Shown: positions 19,917 through 30,557, counted from the stretch's first letter. The stretch: 64,000 nucleotides of DNA from Bacillota bacterium (GCA_029776155.1 JAKOTU010000090.1:12285-76284), one strand, 5' to 3'. Made by a program: numbers and translations. The notes: a model not told the origin generated them from the sequence alone.

Positions 19917-21032
19917 TTAGACGGTTCGGCTTCGGGGATCTAGAGCGTCGCGCAGACCGTCGCCGAAGAAGCTGTATGACAACACAGTAATGAAGATGAA
20001 GAATCCAGGTACCAAAAGCCATGGATAGCGGGTTAGTGATGACAAGTTCAACGCTTCCGAGAGCATATTACCCCAGCTGGCCAAGGGGTGCTGAATACCT
20101 ACGCCGATGAAACTGAGCCCCGATTCGGAAAGGATGAAGCTGGGGATGGATAAGGTCGCATTGACAATCACATAGCTCATGGTGTTGGGCAAGATATGCC
20201 GGATGATGATGCGGGGTTGGGATGCACCGATGGCCTCGGCTCCGGCCACGAATTCCGTCTGACGGATGGACAACACCATGCCCCTGATCACTCGCGCGAG
20301 GCCGGCCCAACCGATGAAGGCCAGAATAAACACTATGAGCATAAATCGTCGATCTGATGGTATGTTGGGCGGCAGCACCGCACTGAGGGCTAGCAGCAGG
20401 TAGAAGCTGGGCACAGAGATAATGATCTCCGCGATCCTCATCATGAGATTGTCAACCCAACCGCCAAAATAGCCGGAGACTCCACCGTAGATCAAGCCAA
20501 TGGACATACTCACCACCAGCCCGATCACGCCGATGAACAAGGAACGCCTGCCGCCGTAAGCCAGCCGAGAGAAAATGTCCCGGCCATAGCGGTCTGCTCC
20601 GAAGAGGTAGATTTTCCCAGGAGCCTCCACGCCGAAGAGGCGCAGGTCAGACTCGAAGCCTAAAACGTTGTATTTGTCACCGCGTACGAAAAAGTAGATG
20701 GGATACATCTCCGAGGTATCTTCCTCGTAGATGTTCCTGAGTGTGTCCACCCGCTTATATCCGTAGACAAAGGGGCGCACCAGTTTCCCTTCGTGGAAGA
20801 TGTGGATTTTCGTGGGCGGATGATAGGGCCGGCGCCGGTCGGTGGTCACTTCGCTGTATGGAGCGAAGAAATCGGCAAAGATGGCAAAAATATGAAGAAT
20901 TATGAGAACCCACATGCCCATTACGGCTAACTTATGCCTGCGCAGCTTACGCCAGGCCATTTTCCAGGGCGAACGCAAGGCACCGCCATTTTCGAACTCA
21001 GTTTGAGCATTAGCCACATTCGTCTTAGCCAT
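19917..21032 (-). CDS. ABC transporter permease (OppC/DppC-like)
   Basis: Polytopic permease. ATG 21032 is preceded by GGGGGAGAGG. It has the typical N-terminal SPWKMAWRKLRRHK segment of DppC-type permeases. Confidence 0.88.
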   Translation of the reverse strand: MAKTNVANAQTEFENGGALRSPWKMAWRKLRRHKLAVMGMWVLIILHIFAIFADFFAPYSEVTTDRRRPYHPPTKIHIFHEGKLVRPFVYGYKRVDTLRNIYEEDTSEMYPIYFFVRGDKYNVLGFESDLRLFGVEAPGKIYLFGADRYGRDIFSRLAYGGRRSLFIGVIGLVVSMSIGLIYGGVSGYFGGWVDNLMMRIAEIIISVPSFYLLLALSAVLPPNIPSDRRFMLIVFILAFIGWAGLARVIRGMVLSIRQTEFVAGAEAIGASQPRIIIRHILPNTMSYVIVNATLSIPSFILSESGLSFIGVGIQHPLASWGNMLSEALNLSSLTRYPWLLVPGFFIFITVLSYSFFGDGLRDALDPRSRTV

Positions 21033-21048
21033 TGACCTCTCCCCCTCG

Positions 21049-22017
21049 CTACTCATAACGGATCCGCGGATCGCTTGCTGCAAGTAAGATGTCCGCTGTA
21101 AGATTGCCAATAATCAACATGACGGCACCGATTACCAAGTTGCCCATGACCAAGTAATAGTCCTGGCCCTGCACGGCGTTGAGCATCAGGCTGCCAATCC
21201 CCGGCCAGTTCATCACAATCTCGGTAAGTGATGCCCCACTGAGGATGCTGCCCAACTGAAACCCGAAAATGGTAATCAGGGGGTTAATGGCGTTGCGCAC
21301 CGCGTGCTTATAGATGACTACCCGTTCAGACAGCCCCTTCGCCCGGGCGGTGGTTACAAAATCCTGGCGCAGCACATCCAACAAATTGGAGCGCATGTAG
21401 CGCATAAGGCTGGCCAGGGTACCCGTGCTGAGTACGATTACTGGCAGCACCATATGCCTGGCTAAATCCACTACCTTTTCCCAGAAGGTGAACTCGGCAA
21501 AATCTATACTGGTCATACCTCCTATAGGCAAACCCCAGCCCCTGGAAAGGTTGAGGTATAAGAGCAGCAGGCCCAAGAACCAGTTAGGAATGGACACCCC
21601 AATGAACGCAAAAAAGGTGAGCAGCTTATCGCTCCAGGAGTACTGGTTGACTGCAGAATGAATGCCAATAGGAATAGCCAATGACCAGGCCACAATCAGG
21701 GAGACAACGGTGAGCAGCAGGCTGTTAAAGACCCGCTGCTTGATGACCCAGGTCACTGGGGCGTGCCATAAAAAGGAATGGCCCATGTCACCCCTAAACA
21801 GCTGGGTAATCCAGCGGAAATACTGCATATAGGGAGGTTGATCCAGCCAGAAACGCGCCCGCATGGCCTCCATGATCTCTTCGGTAACATCGGGGCTGAG
21901 AGCCATCTGGGTCAGGGCGTCACCAGGCGCCAGCTGCATAATAAAAAAACTGAGGGATGAGATACCCAGAAGCATGGGGATGATGTAAATCAGTCTTCGT
22001 ATGATATATCGATACAT
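21049..22017 (-). CDS. ABC transporter permease (OppB/DppB-like)
   Basis: ATG 22017 (MYRYIIRRLIYIIPMLLGIS) is preceded by GAGGAGG. The protein has 6 TM helices. Confidence 0.88.
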   Translation of the reverse strand: MYRYIIRRLIYIIPMLLGISSLSFFIMQLAPGDALTQMALSPDVTEEIMEAMRARFWLDQPPYMQYFRWITQLFRGDMGHSFLWHAPVTWVIKQRVFNSLLLTVVSLIVAWSLAIPIGIHSAVNQYSWSDKLLTFFAFIGVSIPNWFLGLLLLYLNLSRGWGLPIGGMTSIDFAEFTFWEKVVDLARHMVLPVIVLSTGTLASLMRYMRSNLLDVLRQDFVTTARAKGLSERVVIYKHAVRNAINPLITIFGFQLGSILSGASLTEIVMNWPGIGSLMLNAVQGQDYYLVMGNLVIGAVMLIIGNLTADILLAASDPRIRYE

Positions 22018-22209
22018 TACACGATCTACCTCCTCAATGTACCCGTGGGCTGTCGCCCCATCTGGCACTTCCAGGGGAGCGCTTCCGGAGTCGGCCAGAC
22101 ATCTCCACTACTATTCTCGCTCGAGCCCAAAAATCCTGCCTCGCGCGGAACATCCTCGCCTCATATGCCATGGCTCAGCTGGGAAGGATCCTGGTGAGGA
22201 GGTGGAAGT

Positions 22210-23988
22210 TTGCTCCCGCTCTTTCCCGAGAACACAAAACTGTGGCCAAAACAGGACCACCCCCAGATTCTCCAGGAGTTTCCCTGCGAGAACTTCCAAG
22301 TCCAGGTGTTGGCCGCAGGATTTAAGCAGCTCATGGGCGAACTGCGCGCAGGTCGGTACGACACCTGGGATTGGTACCAGCTGGCCAAGCGAGCCGATGA
22401 ACTTGTGACCACCCATGGCCAAGCCCCGGGACTTCTGGCCCTGCAGCACCTCAAAGAACGCTGGGAACAGGTTGGGGTAGTGCCCTACCAACACCAGATC
22501 CGCACCGCAGAACGGGTCATCCATGAACTACACGGCCAGGCCATCCTCGCAGACGAAGTGGGGTTGGGCAAAACCATCGAAGCCGGGCTCATCCTCAAGG
22601 AGTACATGCTGCGGGGGCTTGTCAAAAAAGTCCTCATTCTCACCCCAGCTAACCTGGTCTGGCAGTGGTACAGCGAGCTCTATGAAAAGTTCGGCATTGC
22701 CGCGGGTATCCAGCGTACCCAATGGGACTGGGAGTTCGCCGACGTGTTAATTGCCTCCGTTGATACGGCTAAACGGGAACCCCACTGTTCAATCATCACC
22801 GGGATCGTCTACGATCTGCTCATCGTAGACGAAGCCCACAAGCTGAAAAACAGCTCCACCGCGAGCTACCGGCTGGTCAACTCTATTCAGAAAAAATACT
22901 GCCTGATGCTTACGGCTACGCCAGTACAGAATGATCTTAAGGAGCTGTATAACCTCATCGGGCTGATCAAACCTGGCCAACTAGGCAGTTCCCGCTCCTT
23001 TAAGAGCCGTTTCATGGAAGATAAGCGTACACCGAAAAACCCGGCTGAACTGCGCAAACTGCTCAGCGAAGTGATGATCCGCAACAGGCGGCAGGATGGC
23101 CAGGTAACCCTTACAGAACGCATTGTCCACCCAGTAGTGGTCACCTTAACCCCCAAGGAGCAGGAGATCTACAACCGGGTGACTGAGTTCATCAAGGCCC
23201 GGGGCAAGCGAAGTGGAGTCAGCAACCTCCTGCCCTTGATCACCCTCCAGCGGGAGATCTGCTCCTCCTTTCTTGCCACCGCACTCACCCTAGAGAAACT
23301 CATGGCGGGCCTTTCCCCGCCCGAACTGGAACAAGCGGCGCTGCTCCTTAAGGATCTGGCGGAAGTAAAACAGAACAGCAAATGCGATGCCCTAGAAAGG
23401 CTGGTGGCCCAATTCTCCGATAAGGCCATCATCTTCACCGAGTACCGGGCATCCCAAGAATACATTCGCTACAGATTGGAGAGAGCTGGATACAAAACCT
23501 TGGCTTTCGATGGCAGCCTGTCCAGGGGAAAAAAGCAATGGGTGCGCCATCTCTTTCAAAAGGAGGCCCAGTTTCTAGTAAGTACCGAGTCTGGTGGAGA
23601 GGGGCTCAATTTCCAATTCTGCAACTTAGTGGTCAACTTCGATCTACCCTGGAATCCCATGCGGCTCGAGCAGCGCATTGGCAGGGTCCATCGCCTGGGT
23701 CAGACTCGGGATGTGCACATCTACAATCTGATCACCAAAGGCACTGTGGAAGAGCACATCATGTACCTCCTGCACCGGAAGATCAACATGTTCGAATCCA
23801 TCATTGGCGAGCTGGATGCCATTCTGCTCCACTTGAACCTAGCCAAATCCTTTGAAAGCGAAGTGATGCGCATCTTCCTGGAACACGAAACGGCTGAAGA
23901 AATCCAGGCTCACCTGGATAAGCTGGCCCAGCGCATTTTGAGCGGGCGAGCGCAACTGAAGGCATCCGCCTGGGAGGGATTGTTATAG
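22210..23988 (+). CDS. SNF2-family helicase (YqhH/RapA-like)
   Basis: 592 aa with motif I ILADEVGLGKTIEAG, motif II LLIVDEAHKLKN and C-terminal helicase motifs (GGEGLNFQ, QRIGRVHRLGQ). TTG start follows GGTGAGGAGGTGGAAG. Confidence 0.9.
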   Translation: MLPLFPENTKLWPKQDHPQILQEFPCENFQVQVLAAGFKQLMGELRAGRYDTWDWYQLAKRADELVTTHGQAPGLLALQHLKERWEQVGVVPYQHQIRTAERVIHELHGQAILADEVGLGKTIEAGLILKEYMLRGLVKKVLILTPANLVWQWYSELYEKFGIAAGIQRTQWDWEFADVLIASVDTAKREPHCSIITGIVYDLLIVDEAHKLKNSSTASYRLVNSIQKKYCLMLTATPVQNDLKELYNLIGLIKPGQLGSSRSFKSRFMEDKRTPKNPAELRKLLSEVMIRNRRQDGQVTLTERIVHPVVVTLTPKEQEIYNRVTEFIKARGKRSGVSNLLPLITLQREICSSFLATALTLEKLMAGLSPPELEQAALLLKDLAEVKQNSKCDALERLVAQFSDKAIIFTEYRASQEYIRYRLERAGYKTLAFDGSLSRGKKQWVRHLFQKEAQFLVSTESGGEGLNFQFCNLVVNFDLPWNPMRLEQRIGRVHRLGQTRDVHIYNLITKGTVEEHIMYLLHRKINMFESIIGELDAILLHLNLAKSFESEVMRIFLEHETAEEIQAHLDKLAQRILSGRAQLKASAWEGLL

Positions 23989-24032
23989 AACGGCTGATCT
24001 TCGATTTTTTCAAACTCTGCGGCCTGACACCC

Positions 24033-24857
24033 GTGGAAATCTGCCCCGGAGTCTGGCAGGTTAAGGCCGATGAAGCCTTGATGAAGGAGTTGGACGGCTG
24101 GCGCGCCCAGGCGCGCCTTCTGCAGTTCACCTTTGAGCGCCCTTTGGCAGAGGCCTATGGTGCGGATCTGATCAGTCCCGGCAGCTACCGCTTAGACACC
24201 ATCTTGAACCTCATCCGCCGCCAAGGGCTTTTGAGCCGGGCCCATATCCCCCACCTCTTGTTCCACGAACCGAGCATCCGCAAGCGGGTGCTCAGCAGTT
24301 TTCAGGGAGAGCGGGCCTATGTGCTCACCAGCTCCCTAGAGTTCGGCCAATACCTGCAGCTTGAGCTCTCGGCCGCGGCCAGAGGCTTGCAAAAAAAAGA
24401 GAGCCTTCACACCGTGGTGGTGAATCTCTCTTCGGGAGAAGTGTTGAAGTTTGCCTTCCCTTTTCACCTCCTGCACCCAGGAGGAGTGGAGTCAACCCTC
24501 ATTCGGAAACGCAGATGCAGCCTGAAAAGGGCATATCTTCAGGCCGCGGCCTATCTGAGCCACCTTTACGCCCAACAAGACCAGTCTTGGGCCCTTGAAG
24601 CCCTGGACAAGCTAGCCTTGGAAGAGGCCAAGCTGGAGTCTTTTTACCAAGGGCAGACATCCTCCCCAGAACTGACCGCCAAGCGCAGGGAACTACAGAA
24701 CAGACTGCAACCAGTGCTCGCCATCACCATCCTCCGGGGAGCCCTCCTGTATATTCCCCTGTTCCGCTACCGACTGGTGGTGGTAGACCAGAGCGGCAGG
24801 GAGCGCACCAGGACAGTGAGCTATGACCCCATCGCCAACCTGTGCGCCCTAGACTAG
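24033..24857 (+). CDS. YqhG-like conserved protein, partner of the SNF2 helicase (start unresolved)
   Basis: 274-aa ORF from GTG 24033, which has no SD. The frame is open from 23922 and a GGGAGGG SD sits at 23972-23978, so the true N-terminus probably lies near 23985 (see finding). The assignment rests on adjacency to the YqhH-like helicase and on remembered family features. It was not searched. Confidence 0.5.
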   Translation: MEICPGVWQVKADEALMKELDGWRAQARLLQFTFERPLAEAYGADLISPGSYRLDTILNLIRRQGLLSRAHIPHLLFHEPSIRKRVLSSFQGERAYVLTSSLEFGQYLQLELSAAARGLQKKESLHTVVVNLSSGEVLKFAFPFHLLHPGGVESTLIRKRRCSLKRAYLQAAAYLSHLYAQQDQSWALEALDKLALEEAKLESFYQGQTSSPELTAKRRELQNRLQPVLAITILRGALLYIPLFRYRLVVVDQSGRERTRTVSYDPIANLCALD

Positions 24858-26201
24858 GTCATGGGCTACACGGGAAATGGGCCCTGCCCCCATGACCAAC
24901 ACCAAATCGCCTGCGCTGAGCCATTCCCGGAGAAATGGCACCACATCTTCCTGGCGGGGAATGTGGTACACGTTCTTGGGTGCATTGCTCTCCCGCACCC
25001 GCTCGGCCAGGGCCGAGGCGCTCACTCCTGGAATGGGCTTTTCCGGCGGCGGCGCGTAAATATCGGTGATAATGACCACATCAGCTTCCCGAAAGGCCTG
25101 CCCAAACTCCTCAAGCAACAGCTTAGTCCGGGAATAGCGGTGGGGTTGGAATACCGCGACAATGCGGCGGTTGGGCCAACCCTCTCTGGCAGCCTTGATT
25201 ACTGCAGCCACTTCTGTGGGATGGTGGGCATAATCATCCACTACCAGCGCTCCATTGCAGGCGCCCAGGATTTCAAATCTCCGTTTCGCCCCAGTAAACT
25301 GGCGCAGGGCCTGCTGGATTTCGGGCACAGTGAGCCCCACATGGTGGCACACGGCTATACAGGCCAAGGCATTGGATACGTTATGCCGCCCAGGGACATT
25401 CAACACGAAATCGGCATAAAACTCCTTGCGACGGAACACCCGGAACACAGATCTTTCCTGTTCCAACAAGAGCACCTCAGCCCGCCAGTGGGCCTGGGGT
25501 GCAAAGCCATAGGTCACACAGTCGTACTCCTGACTGATGGAAGCAGCCACAGGATGATCCACACCGATAAGGCGCAGTCCTCCAGGCTTGCAGTTGTTCA
25601 AAAAGCGCCGGTAGCTGGCGATGAGCGATTCGAAGGTACCGTTATAGTTTTCCAGGTGATCCGGTTCAATGCTGGTGACCACAGCCACCTCTGGACAATA
25701 GCGCAGGAAGGTGCCATCGCTCTCATCTGCTTCCGCAACCACAAACTCACCGCGGCCGTACTTGGCCCCGGGGCCAAAGGGTGCAAAATGCGCGCCAATG
25801 AGCACAGTCGGATCTGTGCCTGCCATTTCTAAAGCAAGGGCAATCATGGAAGTTACGGTCGTCTTGCCGTGGGCCCCGCTCACCGCAATACCCCTGCGGT
25901 TGTTGAGCAGTTGAGCGAGAACCTCAGAGCGATGCAGGACATCGATTCCTTTTTGGCGAGCCGCAACGATTTCCGGATTCTGGACAGGGATGGCACTGGA
26001 GTAGATCACGCGCGTAGCTCCATTAACATTCGCAGCCGAATGATTGAAGTATACTGTTGCTCCTAGTTTGATCAGATAATCGGTGGTCTCTGAAGGCTGA
26101 AGATCAGAACCACTAACTTTGTGCCCCATCTCCAAAAAAACCTTGGCTAACGGGCCCATGCCCGTCCCACCGATTCCAATAAGGTGTATATGCTGGTTCA
26201 T
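24849..26201 (-). CDS. murC: UDP-N-acetylmuramate--L-alanine ligase
   Basis: 450 aa with IHLIGIGGTGMGPLA and GAHGKTTVTSM (Mur ligase P-loop). Confidence 0.95.
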   Translation of the reverse strand: MNQHIHLIGIGGTGMGPLAKVFLEMGHKVSGSDLQPSETTDYLIKLGATVYFNHSAANVNGATRVIYSSAIPVQNPEIVAARQKGIDVLHRSEVLAQLLNNRRGIAVSGAHGKTTVTSMIALALEMAGTDPTVLIGAHFAPFGPGAKYGRGEFVVAEADESDGTFLRYCPEVAVVTSIEPDHLENYNGTFESLIASYRRFLNNCKPGGLRLIGVDHPVAASISQEYDCVTYGFAPQAHWRAEVLLLEQERSVFRVFRRKEFYADFVLNVPGRHNVSNALACIAVCHHVGLTVPEIQQALRQFTGAKRRFEILGACNGALVVDDYAHHPTEVAAVIKAAREGWPNRRIVAVFQPHRYSRTKLLLEEFGQAFREADVVIITDIYAPPPEKPIPGVSASALAERVRESNAPKNVYHIPRQEDVVPFLREWLSAGDLVLVMGAGPISRVAHDLV

Positions 26202-26231
26202 TTAGGTCACTCCCAATGACTACTTGCCAAT

Positions 26232-27011
26232 TCACTCCACAAACTGCGCTAATACCCTAGCCAGAAGACGGGCAGAAGCTGCGGCCTCCTCCACAGTATT
26301 TCCCCGCCAATCTCCGATTAGAACCATAATACTGTTGGGATGCAGCTCTCCGCTGTAATCGGACTTAAACACCCGCACCCCTCTGGTCACACCCGGGTAC
26401 TGCTGTTCGAGGGCGTCGCTGATCTTCTGGGCGAAGCGGAGGTTTTCCTCCAGTAAATCATTGTCTTTGTCGCCCACTACAAACAGAATCTTGGCCACGT
26501 CCATACCATTCGCACGCGCTTTGGTATAGTCGTCCGGTTTATCCTGCAAACCATCGCGATGTACATCCAAAACGATTTGCACCGTTGGATTTGCGGCTAA
26601 GAGCTCGCTCACCTTTTTTTCCGAGTTGATAAAGGCTTCGCTGTAGCGCGGCTGATCATGAATGGTCTGATCGTGAATGGCCCTGATCCCCAAAACCGCT
26701 AGCTCCTCCACAAGGGCTTCGCCTACGGTTACCACATCTCCCCTGCCGCTCCGCTCATGGCTGTCTTTGGGTTTGTAATTCTCCGAAGCATGGCTGTGGA
26801 AGACGAGAACCTTAGGTTTCTCCTCCACCGGCTCACCCTGGGGTGGTGGCGGATCCTCCACTCTAACCACTGGGGGACGCGGTGTGTCTTCTTGCTTATC
26901 CCCAGGCATGAACCCAAAGAAGCGCGCTCCCACCACAGCCACCACAATTAAAGTTAGGACGATAAACAAGAGGCCAGGCCCATTCTTTTCAGTTTTTCCC
27001 ATTCTAGGCAT
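26232..27011 (-). CDS. spoIIP: stage II sporulation protein P (SpoIIP-family amidase)
   Basis: N-terminal TM anchor, then FHSHASENY and LDVHRDG motifs typical of SpoIIP. ATG 27011 follows GGAAGGGGGAA. Confidence 0.78.
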   Translation of the reverse strand: MPRMGKTEKNGPGLLFIVLTLIVVAVVGARFFGFMPGDKQEDTPRPPVVRVEDPPPPQGEPVEEKPKVLVFHSHASENYKPKDSHERSGRGDVVTVGEALVEELAVLGIRAIHDQTIHDQPRYSEAFINSEKKVSELLAANPTVQIVLDVHRDGLQDKPDDYTKARANGMDVAKILFVVGDKDNDLLEENLRFAQKISDALEQQYPGVTRGVRVFKSDYSGELHPNSIMVLIGDWRGNTVEEAAASARLLARVLAQFVE

Positions 27012-27056
27012 CGCTATTCCCCCTTCCACAACACTATATGCGGAAGGGGACCGGAT

Positions 27057-27956
27057 TTATGCGCCAGTATTTCCAAGCTCCTGCAGAAGCGTGTCCAGGT
27101 CCTCCAGACTGAAAATGTAACGCTTGTTGCAGAAATGGCAGACAACCTCGACAGGTTCTCCCTTATCTGCCAGCTGCCGCAGCTCTGCGGCCCCTAGGGT
27201 GACCAGTCCCCGGGCAAAGCGTTCCCGCGAGCAGTCGCAGAGGAACTGCACGTCCTGGCGATCAAGGAAACGGATCTCCAGCCCGGCGAACACCTCTGTG
27301 ACAATCTCCTCGGGGGTCCGGCCTTCGGCAAACAGCGAACTCACCTGGTTCATGCCCCCCAGGCGCTGCTCCAGGCCGGAGATAAACTCTTGATGGCTGG
27401 CCGCATCCGGCAGGAGCTGCACCACAATGCCGCCGCTGCCCAAGGGGGCACCATCTCTGCCCACTAAAACACCCAACATCACTGCGGAAGGCGACTGTTC
27501 CGAAACCGCGAAATAATAGGCGAAGTCATCGCCTATTTCCCCAGTCTGCAGAGGCACCGTTCCGTAGTAAGGTTCTTTCAGCCCCATATCACGGATCACG
27601 TGCAGATAGCCGCGCCCCACAGCCTGGCCCACCGCTAGTTTGCCTGCGGCATTGAGGGGCAGCTCCACCTGGGGATTGTTCACATACCCCTTGACGTGAC
27701 CTCTGGAGTTGGCCGCAACCACAATACCGCCCAGTGGTCCATCACCCTTTATCTGGATGGTCAGGGTTTCATCCGTTTTCAGCATAGCTCCCAGCACCAA
27801 CCCCATGGTCAGGGTACGTCCCAGGGCCGCGGTGGCAACCGGGGAAGTTCCGTGTACTTTTTGCGCCTCGGCGACCACTTGGGTGGTGCGCAGGGCAATT
27901 ACTCGGGCTTGGTTTGCCCCGAGCATGGCCCGTACAAGATAATCTCTGCTCTCCAA
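27057..27956 (-). CDS. hslO: redox-regulated chaperone Hsp33
   Basis: C-terminal zinc centre CDCS...CHFC, with an Hsp33 fold pattern throughout. TTG 27956 lies 5 nt after AGGGGGAA and immediately follows the upstream stop. Confidence 0.9.
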   Translation of the reverse strand: MESRDYLVRAMLGANQARVIALRTTQVVAEAQKVHGTSPVATAALGRTLTMGLVLGAMLKTDETLTIQIKGDGPLGGIVVAANSRGHVKGYVNNPQVELPLNAAGKLAVGQAVGRGYLHVIRDMGLKEPYYGTVPLQTGEIGDDFAYYFAVSEQSPSAVMLGVLVGRDGAPLGSGGIVVQLLPDAASHQEFISGLEQRLGGMNQVSSLFAEGRTPEEIVTEVFAGLEIRFLDRQDVQFLCDCSRERFARGLVTLGAAELRQLADKGEPVEVVCHFCNKRYIFSLEDLDTLLQELGNTGA

Positions 27957-27957
27957 C

Positions 27958-28353
27958 TTAGTTCCCCCTAAACATGAACCAATACACGGCAACTGCAACC
28001 GCCGCCAAGATTACCAACACAACCGCGGAGCGGATCAAAAAACGCGTGCGGCGCGCCCTGCGAGCCCGCTCCCTGCGTTCGCGTATACTCACGGTGAGTT
28101 CATCCACACGCAGAGTAGATTCCTTGGGCGCCTCTTCCGCTTCTAGCTCATCCTCCACGCCCAGGGCTCTGGCGTACGTGCGGATAAAGGGCCGCACATA
28201 GGCTTGATCCGGCAGTAAGTGAAACTGTTCCTGCTCAATGGCCTCCAGAAACTGGGGTTTGATTTTGGTCCGTTCCGCCACTTGCTCAATGGTCAAGCCC
28301 TGTTCGACCCGGGCTCGCTCCAATCGTGCCCCCACTCCCATCATTTTTCTCAC
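27958..28353 (-). CDS. RodZ-like HTH membrane protein
   Basis: 131 aa with an XRE-type HTH ([21 protein letters not shown]), a basic linker and one C-terminal TM helix. GTGA overlap with the ftsK stop. Confidence 0.6.
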   Translation of the reverse strand: MRKMMGVGARLERARVEQGLTIEQVAERTKIKPQFLEAIEQEQFHLLPDQAYVRPFIRTYARALGVEDELEAEEAPKESTLRVDELTVSIRERRERARRARRTRFLIRSAVVLVILAAVAVAVYWFMFRGN

Positions 28354-30557
28354 CTTTCTTCTAGAACTGCTTTATCCACCAAAACCTCCCGCGGCTTGCT
28401 GCCCTGATAACCGCCGACAATACCCCTTACTTCCATCATATCTATCAGCCGCGCCGCCCGACTGTATCCGATGCGAAATCTCCTCTGCAGCATGGAAATG
28501 GACGCCTGTCCATTCTCTACCACCAAACGAATGGCATCCTCCAAAAGCTCATCTTCCTCTTCGTCCCTGAGGTTGAAATCGGGTACGTCTTCCACCACAT
28601 CTTCCTGATACTCGGGTTCCCCCTGCTCTTTCCAGTATTTTACAACCGCTTCCACTTCTTTATCGGAGATCCAAGCCCCCTGAGCCCGTATTGGCTTAGA
28701 TGCCCCAATGGGGTAGTAGAGCATATCCCCTTTGCCGATCAACCGCTCTGCTCCCCCCATGTCCAAAATGGTGCGGGAGTCCACTTGGCTGGATACCGCG
28801 AAGGAGATGCGCGATGGTACATTGGCTTTGATCAGACCCGTGATTACGTCCACCGATGGACGCTGCGTGGCGATGATCAAGTACATACCCGCTGCCCGAG
28901 CCATCTGAGCCAAGCGGCAGATGGCATCCTCCACTTCCGCCGCGGCCACCATCATCAGATCGGCCAGCTCATCCACGACAATCACGATATAAGGTAGGTG
29001 CTCCCTTTCCTCACCTTCCGGGGCTTCTTGGGCCCATTCGTGGTACATCTCAATATTGCGTACTCCCACTTCAGCAAACAGCTCATAACGGCGCTCCATT
29101 TCCCCCACTGCCCAACGCAGGGCGATGGCCGCCTTCTTAGGATCCGTAACCACAGGTGAGATCAAGTGGGGGATCCCGTCGTACACCGACAGTTCTACGC
29201 GTTTGGGATCCACGAGCAGCAGCTTAACCAGATCAGGCGTGGTCCGGAACAGCAAAGACGAGATGATACAGTTCAGGCACACGCTCTTACCAGAGCCCGT
29301 TGCACCGGCAATGAGCACGTGCAGCCACTTTTTCAGATCAGCAATTACGGGCTGCCCCGCGATATCCTTGCCCAAAGCCAAGGCCACAGGAGAGGGGTGT
29401 TCGGCGAACTCGGGGCTCTCCAGGACATCCCTCAGCAAAACAGGCTCCGTCTCCTTGTTAGGCACCTCAATGCCCACAACCGGTTTACCGGGCACCGGCG
29501 CCTCAATCCGCACATCCTGGGCGGCCAAGGCTAAAGCCAAGTCGTCCGCAAGGGCAGTGATCCGGGAAACCTTGATGCCCGGCGCAGGCTGCAGCTCATA
29601 ACGGGTAACCACAGGCCCCTGGGAAACATTAACCACCTTGGCCTCAATGCCAAAATTGGCCAAGGTCTCTTCCAGCAGATCTTGCTGCAGATTGACATTG
29701 CGCCGGGACTTGCTGCTTGCTTTGCGCAGCAGATGAGTGGGAGGCAGCCGGTACATCCCTTTACCATCACTGGTGGGCAGATTGAGCACCAGCTCCTCAA
29801 CGGGCTTTTCCTGCTGCTGCTCGGGTTCGGCTTGGGCTGCGGACCGCTTGGGCTTGGCTTTCCCCACCTGGGGAGCCGCTTCCGCTGCAGGCTCCACAGC
29901 CGCCACAACAGGCTCACTGGGCACTTCCTGCGGCTTGGCGCGCCGCTGCCCCTTGGCGCGGCGTTTTTCTTTCTGCTGGCCTTGGCCGTTCAGTCCAGCC
30001 CGCCACCAACGGCGCACTAGGCCTGCCAAGGCACTGAATAGTCTGCGGAGAAGATCAGTTATGGAAATACCAAAAAAAAGAATGATGCCAAGTATGATGG
30101 CCGTTGCCACCAGAACATAGGAGCCATGGACGCCAAAGGCGGTATAACTCAAGGTGAGGAGCACCGCGCCCAAAACTCCCGCGCCTTCACCCTTGAGACC
30201 ATAGGCGATCTCCTCCCGCAGACTGGGCGGGAACTGATAACCCCGATAGTAGAGCATGTGGAATATTAGGGTAACCGAAAAAAGCAGGAGCAGTAACCCC
30301 AGCTGGGACTGCCAGGAAAGCGGCCTGTTCCGACCCAGAAAAAGCTGAACAGCCGCGGCCCCAAAGAGTATGGCAAACAGCGGGGCCAAATCCCCGAAGC
30401 ACATGCGCAGAATGGCGCGCACAGGGCTGCCCACCCACCCGGTGCTGTCCAGATACAAAGAGAGCAGGCAGAAAACGGAGAACGCCAATAGTAGGATGCC
30501 CCCCACTTCTCGGGCCCTCGCGCTATTGTTCTTCTGGGCTTTGATCTTGCCCTTCAC
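28350..30557 (-). CDS. ftsK: DNA translocase FtsK/SpoIIIE
   Basis: 735 aa with N-terminal TM helices, an A/P/E/Q-rich linker, a motor domain with Walker A GATGSGKS, and a C-terminal winged-helix gamma domain. Confidence 0.95.
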   Translation of the reverse strand: MKGKIKAQKNNSARAREVGGILLLAFSVFCLLSLYLDSTGWVGSPVRAILRMCFGDLAPLFAILFGAAAVQLFLGRNRPLSWQSQLGLLLLLFSVTLIFHMLYYRGYQFPPSLREEIAYGLKGEGAGVLGAVLLTLSYTAFGVHGSYVLVATAIILGIILFFGISITDLLRRLFSALAGLVRRWWRAGLNGQGQQKEKRRAKGQRRAKPQEVPSEPVVAAVEPAAEAAPQVGKAKPKRSAAQAEPEQQQEKPVEELVLNLPTSDGKGMYRLPPTHLLRKASSKSRRNVNLQQDLLEETLANFGIEAKVVNVSQGPVVTRYELQPAPGIKVSRITALADDLALALAAQDVRIEAPVPGKPVVGIEVPNKETEPVLLRDVLESPEFAEHPSPVALALGKDIAGQPVIADLKKWLHVLIAGATGSGKSVCLNCIISSLLFRTTPDLVKLLLVDPKRVELSVYDGIPHLISPVVTDPKKAAIALRWAVGEMERRYELFAEVGVRNIEMYHEWAQEAPEGEEREHLPYIVIVVDELADLMMVAAAEVEDAICRLAQMARAAGMYLIIATQRPSVDVITGLIKANVPSRISFAVSSQVDSRTILDMGGAERLIGKGDMLYYPIGASKPIRAQGAWISDKEVEAVVKYWKEQGEPEYQEDVVEDVPDFNLRDEEEDELLEDAIRLVVENGQASISMLQRRFRIGYSRAARLIDMMEVRGIVGGYQGSKPREVLVDKAVLEER

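Noticed and set aside
22063-22078. TGGCAC, resembling a sigma-54 -24 element, upstream of the SNF2 gene.
   Set aside because: The -12 position reads GGGG rather than TTGC/GC at the required spacing, so the match is partial only.
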